Part shown: positions 40,152 through 47,385 of the stretch, piece after piece | Numbering within the stretch: position 1 is the stretch's first letter | Layout: the number at the start of each line of letters is the position of its first letter | NCBI GenBank assembly: GCA_044225365.1 | Contig: JBGAIQ010000012.1 | Location: forward strand, 32,001-96,000 | DNA length: 64,000 bases | Direction of reading: 5' to 3' | Origin: Planctomycetota bacterium | GTDB taxonomy: Bacteria > Planctomycetota > B15-G4 > JADJEK01 | The notes under the pieces: model-generated | What the model saw: only the letters and a program-made list of their open reading frames with translations | Databases searched by the model: none | What the model was told of the DNA's origin: nothing | Made by a program: the position numbers and the translations under genes

Positions 40152-41300
40152 ATGACCGAGGCCGGCAATAGTGAAGCGACCACCCTGACCGAGCCCGCAC
40201 CGGTAATCGAGTCACCGGAGTCGAAAGCCTATCGCGCGGGCGTCGAGTTCTTCCTCGCGCCGCTCGTCCCGCTCCTCGCCGACGAGTCGATCTCCGAGAT
40301 CATGGTCAACGGTCCGAGCGACATCTACATCGAGCGTGGCGGCAAGATCGAGGTGAGCGGCGTCCATTTCCGGGACGAAGACGAACTGCTCGCCGCTGCG
40401 AACAACATCGCTCAATACGTCGGCAAGAGCATCAGCCCCGCGGATCCAATTCTCGACGGTCGTCTGCCCGATGGCTCCCGCGTGTGTATCGTCCTGGCGC
40501 CGATCGCGGCCGGCGGAACCTCGATCAATATTCGCCGCTTCCTGCGCCGCGCCGTCACTCCGCAGTTCCTCCTCGATCGCAAGGCGATCACGCCGGAGGC
40601 GCTCGAGTTCATCCTTCTTGCCGTCGAAGCGGAGCTCAACGTCGTCGTCAGCGGTGGTACGGGCTCTGGTAAGACAACCCTTCTCAACATCCTCTCGACC
40701 GCCTTCTCCGACAGTCAGCGAATCGTGGTCATCGAGGACACCCGCGAACTGCAGATCCAAAAGCGGCACGTCGTCCAGATGGAAGCGCGGCCGGCCGACG
40801 TGTACGGCAAGGGGCAGATCACGGTCCGCGACCTGTTCGTAACCTCCCTTCGTATGCGTCCCGACCGCATCGTGGTCGGCGAAGTCCGTCGCGGCGAAGC
40901 CCTCGACATGGTGCAGGCGATGACCTCCGGCCACCGCGGCTCGCTCGCCACCCTTCACGCCGACACGCCTTCACAGGCCTGCGGGCGTCTCGAGACGATG
41001 TGTCTCCTCGCGGACGTCGGACTACCCCTCCAGGCGCTGCGACGACAGATCGCGCTCGCGCTCGACATCGTCATCCAGGTCGCGCGTCTCCATGATGGAC
41101 GCCGTCTCGTCACGCACATCTCGGAGATCGAACTCGACGAAGCCACGCTCACGTATCAGATCCACGACATCTTCCATCTCGACACCAGCGACGGCACACC
41201 GCGACTCGTCTACACGGGACGCAAGCCGAAGCTCGCGGCCGAGATCGGCTGGCGCGGACTCAGTTCAAAAGTTCGCGAGACGAAGGCAATCTTCACCTGA
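40152..41300 (+). CDS. cpaF: CpaF/TadA family pilus ATPase, short form
   Basis: [58 protein letters not shown]. Confidence 0.95.
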   Translation: MTEAGNSEATTLTEPAPVIESPESKAYRAGVEFFLAPLVPLLADESISEIMVNGPSDIYIERGGKIEVSGVHFRDEDELLAAANNIAQYVGKSISPADPILDGRLPDGSRVCIVLAPIAAGGTSINIRRFLRRAVTPQFLLDRKAITPEALEFILLAVEAELNVVVSGGTGSGKTTLLNILSTAFSDSQRIVVIEDTRELQIQKRHVVQMEARPADVYGKGQITVRDLFVTSLRMRPDRIVVGEVRRGEALDMVQAMTSGHRGSLATLHADTPSQACGRLETMCLLADVGLPLQALRRQIALALDIVIQVARLHDGRRLVTHISEIELDEATLTYQIHDIFHLDTSDGTPRLVYTGRKPKLAAEIGWRGLSSKVRETKAIFT

Positions 41301-41444
41301 TATCGGTTATCGTGACCTCGCACCCCCGGTCGACATCGCGTCGATCGCGGAGAGCTTGGGTTCACGAATTCGGGCGATTTCGCCCGCCGTGGATCGAGTG
41401 GGTCCGGTGTTCCACCCATGGCTTCGGGTGGATCGAGAGATCGA

Positions 41445-41654
41445 GTGAATACGGAAACCGAGAATCAGTTCCTCGCGACGACGCGCCAACTGCCGGAGCT
41501 CGCCTCCGACGAGAGCGGCCAGGTCGTCATCGAGTGGACGTTGATCACTGCTACCGTGGTGATCCCGATGGGACTCATGGGTCCCGGGCTCGTCAACATG
41601 ATGTTCTACTACTTCTATCGCATCGCCGGGACCATCGCGCTGCCCTTCCCGTGA
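41445..41654 (+). CDS. Flp-type pilin / minor pilin
   Basis: GTG start; DESG|QVVIEW cleavage motif with +5 Glu followed by a hydrophobic helix. Confidence 0.75.
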   Translation: MNTETENQFLATTRQLPELASDESGQVVIEWTLITATVVIPMGLMGPGLVNMMFYYFYRIAGTIALPFP

Positions 41655-41740
41655 CCACCCGTGAGTTCGAGTTCGCGAGCTGCGTCGTCGATGCAGCGAC
41701 AAGACAAGACGTGAATCGCCCGCAAAAGGAGAATCCTGCC

Positions 41741-41968
41741 GTGTCCAACGAAACCACGACCCGTCCGGTGTCTTCCCTCAACCGCTTCAAGAACGCGATG
41801 CGCGAGCTGCATGCGGACGAATCGGGACCGAACACGGTCGAGTGGATCCTCCTGATCATCATCGCGCTCGTTCTCGTCGTCGCGATCTTCGTGTTCGCGA
41901 ACTTCGTGATCGACAAGTTCAAGCAGAAGGAAAACCAGGTCACTTCGGACGCCTTCTTGACCAAGTGA
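41741..41968 (+). CDS. flp: Flp family type IV pilin (probable major pilin)
   Basis: AAGGAG RBS, GTG start; DESG|PNTVEWILLIIIALVLVVAIF; followed by a stem-loop. Confidence 0.88.
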   Translation: MSNETTTRPVSSLNRFKNAMRELHADESGPNTVEWILLIIIALVLVVAIFVFANFVIDKFKQKENQVTSDAFLTK

Positions 41969-41986
41969 CGTGAACGCCAGCGAGAT

Positions 41987-42019
41987 CTCCGCGTGGACGG
42001 GAGCCATCCCGCCGCGGAG
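41987..42019 (+). terminator. Stem-loop directly after the flp pilin gene
   Basis: CTCCGCG..CGGGA-GCCA-TCCCG..CGCGGAG; no U-tract. Confidence 0.5.
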
Positions 42020-42036
42020 GCTCGTGGAGTCTCGCG

Positions 42037-42828
42037 ATGGATTCCGACACGCTTCCTCCAGCCACGACGGTCGCTACGCCCTCGGGCGAGGCGGACGCCG
42101 TGGTGAATCCGCCGAGTTCGACGGCGGAATCTCCGACGGGGAGTCCGGCGGTTGCGATCGACGCACGCGTCGCCTGGATCGCGGGACTCTGCCTCACGGC
42201 GGTGGTCGCATCGTCGCGTCAGATCCTCGCGAAGACGCCGGATCATGGGTACTTCGCAGACTCCATCGCGTGGGTCGTCCTCGGCACGGCGGCCGCGCTC
42301 GACATCGCGTTCCGCCGCATTCCGAACGTTCTCACCTATCCCGCGATCTTGCTGGGACTGCTCATCAACGTCGTGATGCCGGCCATCACCGCGGTGATCG
42401 GACCGAACGTCGTCCAATCGTGGCTCGGCGGCAGCGATACGCCGCGCGACGGACTTCTCGGCTTCGGCTCGTGCGCGATCTTCGGGCTCGTGAGCTTCAT
42501 GTTGCGCGGGGTCGGAGGCGGCGACGCCAAGACGCTCGGCGCGTTCGGCGCATTGCTTGGTTTCTCGCGAGCTTGGCCCGCCCTCTTCAACTGCCTGCTC
42601 GTCGGCGCCGTGATCAGCATCGTCAATCTCGCGGTGCGCGGCGAGTTCATCCGCAAGCTGCAAGCGCTGTTCTGTTCCATGTTCACCGCCGTGATCCTGT
42701 CGCGGCGTCCCGATCACGTTCAGGTGTTCGCGAATCGCGAAGCGCCGTTCGTGCTCTCGCTGTTCCTGGGTTTCGCGCTATCGCGATGGGTGGAACTCCA
42801 CCGCTTCGTGTTCGGATTCATCGGGTGA
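42037..42828 (+). CDS. Prepilin peptidase (A24, TadV/CpaA-like)
   Basis: LDIAFRRIPNVL and GGGDAK (the two catalytic Asp); multi-TM; adjacent to the pilins. Confidence 0.93.
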   Translation: MDSDTLPPATTVATPSGEADAVVNPPSSTAESPTGSPAVAIDARVAWIAGLCLTAVVASSRQILAKTPDHGYFADSIAWVVLGTAAALDIAFRRIPNVLTYPAILLGLLINVVMPAITAVIGPNVVQSWLGGSDTPRDGLLGFGSCAIFGLVSFMLRGVGGGDAKTLGAFGALLGFSRAWPALFNCLLVGAVISIVNLAVRGEFIRKLQALFCSMFTAVILSRRPDHVQVFANREAPFVLSLFLGFALSRWVELHRFVFGFIG

Positions 42829-42831
42829 CGC

Positions 42832-43752
42832 ATGCGCTCTCGTTTTGACCGCCTGCTGCGCGTGGCTCCTGCGACCGTCGCTCTCTTGACGGTCGGAGTC
42901 GTCGCCACGATGCTCGCCTCGCGACCCGATCGACTCGCGCAGTCGTTCGGTCTCGACTTCGCCGAAGAAAGCGCGCGACTCGTCATCGGTTGCATGGTCG
43001 TCGCCTCCGTGGCGTTCCTCGCGGCGGCGTACAAGCTGCTGCGAACCCTTCTCGCGTCGGGGAAGAGCTTCGTCGAATGGCGCAAGCGCAACGAACCGCA
43101 GAAGGGTTTTGCCGAGGCCGGCGTGGTGATGATCGAGTTCACGCTCCTGGCGCCCACGGTCTGGCTCATCATGGCGATCGTGGTGCAGCTCGCGCTCATC
43201 GCCGAAGCCACGCTCGTCGTCCGCTATGCCGCTTACACCGCAGTGCGCGCGGCGATCGTCCGCACCGAGCGGAACGCGATCGGGCAGGAGGATCTCGGAG
43301 TGAGTCCCGGCAAGGTAGAGGAGTCCGCAAAGCTCGTGCTCTGCTCCCTCTCACCCAAGATCCCCAACACCGACAACGACTCCGCGCACGCGATGCTCAA
43401 CATCTTCGCCGCGCAGAACGGCGTGTGGGGCGACAAGAATTTCCATCGGCGATATCAGTACGCGGATGACTCGACGACCGTGAAGACCACGCTCGACGAT
43501 CCGCCGATCGAGATGCCTTTCGTCGGGGACACGGGCCTTCCGAACCTGTTCGCGCCGAAGCTCGTCGAATGCGAGGTCACGTACCTGTACGCGACGCAGA
43601 TCCCCGGCGTCACGCTCCTCCCTGGCATCCTTCAGGTTTCGGACGGCTACAAGGCATTCAAGATCATCCAGCGCGTGCGAATGCAGAGCACGGGTGCGCG
43701 TCAATCCAATCCCATCGGCGTCGCCGGCACGATGAATACGATCTTCCCATGA
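42832..43752 (+). CDS. TadE-like pseudopilin with long membrane-spanning N-terminal extension
   Basis: AG|VVMIEFTLLAP...VVRYAAYTAVRAA TadE motif at about residue 97. Confidence 0.85.
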   Translation: MRSRFDRLLRVAPATVALLTVGVVATMLASRPDRLAQSFGLDFAEESARLVIGCMVVASVAFLAAAYKLLRTLLASGKSFVEWRKRNEPQKGFAEAGVVMIEFTLLAPTVWLIMAIVVQLALIAEATLVVRYAAYTAVRAAIVRTERNAIGQEDLGVSPGKVEESAKLVLCSLSPKIPNTDNDSAHAMLNIFAAQNGVWGDKNFHRRYQYADDSTTVKTTLDDPPIEMPFVGDTGLPNLFAPKLVECEVTYLYATQIPGVTLLPGILQVSDGYKAFKIIQRVRMQSTGARQSNPIGVAGTMNTIFP

Positions 43753-45101
43753 AGCTACTCACGAATCGCGAACGCAATCTCGTGACCGATCTGAAGCCGC
43801 ATGCGCCGAGCGCGGTGGATGTCTTCGCGCGACTTCACAGCGAGGAGAACTCGGGGTCGGATGTGCCCGCGCGAGTCACGGGCTTCGCAGCACGCTTGCA
43901 CGGCGATCGCCGCGGCGCGATCACGGTGCTCTTCATCTTGCTCGCATTCGTCTTCTTCATGGGTCTCGCCGGCGTTTGGAACATCGGGCAGGCGACGAAG
44001 TCGCGCATGCGCACGCAGGTCGCGGCGGACACCTCCGCCTATGGTGCCGCGACCTGGATGAGCCGCGGCATGAATCAGATCACCGCCGCGAACATCCTGA
44101 TCCAGCGCAACGCGAGCGCGTTCGCGATCGCGTTCGACTGCATTCCGATGGGCATCGTCTGGCTCATCTTGGTGATCAAGAATTGGGCCGAGGCCGTCGA
44201 GGACGCGTGCGGTGCGTGTCTCATCGCATGCGCCGCCTGCGGCGCTGCCGTCGCCGCCTATATTGCAGCGGTCGAAGTCCCGGTTGTCGCGAACTACATC
44301 GCCCAAGCTTGGCCGGTCGCGGCTTCGAACCTGACGACATTCTGGAGTCGCGTCGAGACACTGAAGGAATTCCAGGACAAGTGGGTCCAGGAGATACCGA
44401 ACGTCATCGAAGCGCAGCGCGGCAAATTCGCGGATCATTACGGCGTCACGCTCCGCTACACGCAACCGGGCGCGAGCGATGGCAAGGTCCGTCTTCCGGT
44501 CGAAGAGGGCAATTTCCTGACGGCGCTTCCGACGTTCACCTACCGGTTCTTCTCCGACGACGACAACATCCCCGATCACTACGATTTCGATATCGTTCAG
44601 CTCGGCAAGGCGGAGGACGAGTGGAAGAAGCTCGAAGTGGTGGGGTACGTCTTGGGACTCATGTTGAACGGCATGAATCACTACACATTGTCCACCCAGA
44701 CGGGGCCGTTCGAGCAGGCGCCCTCGTCGCTCGAGGACTGGGAGAAGTTCTCGCTCGTCGCGACCGCTCTGTCCGAGAACATCAGCGACAAGACGCGCAT
44801 CGCGCCCGGCATCTTCACCCACGCGTTCGCACCGGACGACGTCAACATCGCCTACGCCCAGGCGGAGACCTACAACGGTCCTTCCGAAGCGCTTGCCAAG
44901 ATTCCCGGGCTCGGCGCCATCACGAATCTGATGCCGTTCCGGGTCTGGACGTTCTTCGGCTTCGAATGGCAGCCGCGTCTCACGGTCGGCGACCAGGTGA
45001 AGTCGGCGCTCGAGAACGACAGCAACATGGCGAACATCTGGGGAAGGATCCACTTCGACAACGGACAGTTCGACGACGCTCCCAAGATGGCGAACCACTG
45101 A
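43749..45101 (+). CDS. TadG-like pseudopilin (Tad N-terminal domain)
   Basis: RRG|AITVLFILL...NIG...TQVAADTSAYGAA; ATGA overlap with the upstream gene. Confidence 0.85.
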   Translation: MKLLTNRERNLVTDLKPHAPSAVDVFARLHSEENSGSDVPARVTGFAARLHGDRRGAITVLFILLAFVFFMGLAGVWNIGQATKSRMRTQVAADTSAYGAATWMSRGMNQITAANILIQRNASAFAIAFDCIPMGIVWLILVIKNWAEAVEDACGACLIACAACGAAVAAYIAAVEVPVVANYIAQAWPVAASNLTTFWSRVETLKEFQDKWVQEIPNVIEAQRGKFADHYGVTLRYTQPGASDGKVRLPVEEGNFLTALPTFTYRFFSDDDNIPDHYDFDIVQLGKAEDEWKKLEVVGYVLGLMLNGMNHYTLSTQTGPFEQAPSSLEDWEKFSLVATALSENISDKTRIAPGIFTHAFAPDDVNIAYAQAETYNGPSEALAKIPGLGAITNLMPFRVWTFFGFEWQPRLTVGDQVKSALENDSNMANIWGRIHFDNGQFDDAPKMANH

Positions 45102-45102
45102 T

Positions 45103-45711
45103 ATGAGCAATCATCGTTCAGCGCGGCGTCGCAGCGCACGGTCCGAACGCGGCACCGTCGCGGCCGAGTCGAGCCTGGTCCTGATCGTCCTCCTCTTCTT
45201 CCTCCTGATGTCTCCTGCGATCTGGAAGATGTGGTGGAACGAGCACATCGCGCGCGCCGAGGCGGAACGCGACACGTTCCGGCTGACCTCGACTCCCGCC
45301 GACATCAGCTCCGCGACGAATTTCCAGCCCGAACTCGATTTCGCGACGCAGGGCGACTTGATCGGCCTTGGCTTGTGGGAATTGCACAAGCCGGAAACCG
45401 CCGATATCCCGAACATCTCCGACATCAGCTCCGGCAACGAGCTCAAGGACTTCCCGAACAAGGTCGTGATTGGGCGAGCGACGCGACACGTCCAGTACAG
45501 CTCTGGCTGGAGTCAGTATCGCGGCGAGTTCGACATCTTCCGCTACTCGTACACCCTGCGCCCGAGCTGGAATTGGCAGGGGTACCCGCTCTTCCACACG
45601 CAGGACATGTCGGAGCGCGGCAAGATCAAGGACTGGATGGAAACGGCGTATCGCGACACGCTCACCAGCACGGTGACCGACAAGCTCGCGCTCAAGACCG
45701 ATCCGTTCTGA
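45103..45711 (+). CDS. TadE/TadF-like pseudopilin
   Basis: Basic leader, ERG|TVAAESSLVLIVLLFFLL. Confidence 0.75.
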   Translation: MSNHRSARRRSARSERGTVAAESSLVLIVLLFFLLMSPAIWKMWWNEHIARAEAERDTFRLTSTPADISSATNFQPELDFATQGDLIGLGLWELHKPETADIPNISDISSGNELKDFPNKVVIGRATRHVQYSSGWSQYRGEFDIFRYSYTLRPSWNWQGYPLFHTQDMSERGKIKDWMETAYRDTLTSTVTDKLALKTDPF

Positions 45712-45720
45712 TCGAACGAG

Positions 45721-47190
45721 TCACTTCGTTTCCGCTTTCGCGAGGCGCTTGCGCAAATCCGCGAGGTCCGCGTCCACCGCGAGATAGCGCGTGAGCTTCT
45801 TATGCGCGTCCGCATCCGCAAGCACTTGCTTCGAACGAGCCCATTCCGTGTCGCCGTCGGCGGCGTCACCGAGCATGCTGTGCCACGGTTGGAATCGTCC
45901 GTGGTAGTACGCCATGAGGCACATCTCCGCGGCGACGAAGAGCGCGAGCACCTTGGCGAAGTTCTCGCGCGACGAGCGAACCGCGTGGATGGCGACGGCG
46001 AGGAGCAGCAATGCCCCGGGAACGAGCAGAACGGCCGCATCGATCGCGTTGTCGTAGTCGAACACGTACGCGAACCCGGCCATGACGGCGACGCCGACGC
46101 AACCCGCGATTCCGAGGACGCTCGTTCCGATGTTCACGATCTTCATGAAGCGCGGCTCGAGCGTGAGTTCGCGTAGGGCGTGCGCCGCGGCGATCGCGAA
46201 GAGGGGCACGAGCGGGAGCAGGTAGTGCTTCTGCTTCTGCGGCAGGATGGAGAAGACGACGAACTCGGCGATGAGACCGAGGGCGACGAACTGCATCGAG
46301 CGATCCGTCTTCTCCAGCGCGCTCTTCTTCCAGCGAACGATCATGAGCGGTAGGACGAGCGCGACCGGGAAGATGACGGAGAAGATCTTGCTGATGTAGT
46401 ACCAGGGTGGGCCACGATGCGTCGCGTCACCCTTCAGGGCCTCGACCTTGACGCCGAACGGCATGAGGAGCTGGCCGAAGAGTTGGCCCGGTGCTCCGTC
46501 GACCTTGGCGAGGATCACGCCGTACCAGGCAAATCCGGCAACGAGTGCGGCGAGCAGAACGATCACGAATTCGCGCGAGGCGAGTTTCTTGCCCTGCTTG
46601 TTGCGCAGAAGGAGGACCGCAATCGGGAGGATGACGGTGACGAATGCAACCGTCGCTTTCGACAACAGCGCGAGTGCGAATGCGCCGCCGAAGGCGTAGA
46701 GCCAGGAGCGCTTTCCCGTACTGTCGAACCGCTCGAAGCAGGCGAGCGCGGCCGTGCTCGTCATCGTGAGCCACATCTCGGCGTCACCGCGCCGGCCTGA
46801 GATCCCGAACTGGAAGGAGAGCACGAGCAGCGCGGAAGCGAGCAATGCGAACCGCGGCCCCTTCATCGCCTGCGTCCAGGAGAAGACGATCGCGAGCAGG
46901 AGGAGAGCCGCGACGAACGACGGGATGCGCGTGGAGAAGAGCGTGGTTTCGCCGAGAACGTTCGCCGTGGCGGATGCGAGCCAGTAGTACAGCGGCGGTT
47001 TCTGCAGCCGCGGCGAACCTTCGAACATCGGCACGAGATAGTCGTGCGACGCGACCATCGTCTTGGCGACTTCGTGGCAACGCCGTTCGCTCGTCCGGTC
47101 GACGGGCTCGACTCCGAGTCGATATCCGAGCATCAGCACGGCGAACAGGAAGAGCAGCACGACGGGCCGCGTGGAAGCCGTTGCATTCAT
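45721..47190 (-). CDS. ArnT/PMT-family (GT-C) glycosyltransferase
   Basis: SERRCHEVAKTM, PRLQKPPLYYWL, TRIPS, LSKA, HRGPPWYY, KQKHYLLP. Confidence 0.9.
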   Translation of the reverse strand: MNATASTRPVVLLFLFAVLMLGYRLGVEPVDRTSERRCHEVAKTMVASHDYLVPMFEGSPRLQKPPLYYWLASATANVLGETTLFSTRIPSFVAALLLLAIVFSWTQAMKGPRFALLASALLVLSFQFGISGRRGDAEMWLTMTSTAALACFERFDSTGKRSWLYAFGGAFALALLSKATVAFVTVILPIAVLLLRNKQGKKLASREFVIVLLAALVAGFAWYGVILAKVDGAPGQLFGQLLMPFGVKVEALKGDATHRGPPWYYISKIFSVIFPVALVLPLMIVRWKKSALEKTDRSMQFVALGLIAEFVVFSILPQKQKHYLLPLVPLFAIAAAHALRELTLEPRFMKIVNIGTSVLGIAGCVGVAVMAGFAYVFDYDNAIDAAVLLVPGALLLLAVAIHAVRSSRENFAKVLALFVAAEMCLMAYYHGRFQPWHSMLGDAADGDTEWARSKQVLADADAHKKLTRYLAVDADLADLRKRLAKAETK

Positions 47191-47201
47191 GGGCGAACAT
47201 C

Positions 47202-47225
47202 GTAGGGGCGCACGGCAGTGCGCCC
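47202..47225 (+). repeat. GTAG-family REP element
   Basis: GTAGGGGCGCACGGCAGTGCGCCC, one mismatch to the copy at 11656. Confidence 0.85.
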
Positions 47226-47296
47226 GATATGGGATCACACAAAACGTCGTGCGTCCGCAGAACGGCCATCGAACGGCAACGCCGGACATGCAACGG

Positions 47297-47332
47297 AAAA
47301 CGGCGGGCCCGCGCCGCCGCGTGAGCCCGCCG
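47297..47332 (-). terminator. Rho-independent terminator of the cpaB-to-kinase operon
   Basis: Minus strand CGGCGGGC...GCCCGCCG followed by TTTT, about 55 bp after the kinase stop. Confidence 0.65.
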
Positions 47333-47385
47333 ATTCGCGATGGGGTGCCGTCCAGTCGATGCCGGCGACTGGGAGCGCCCGATCT

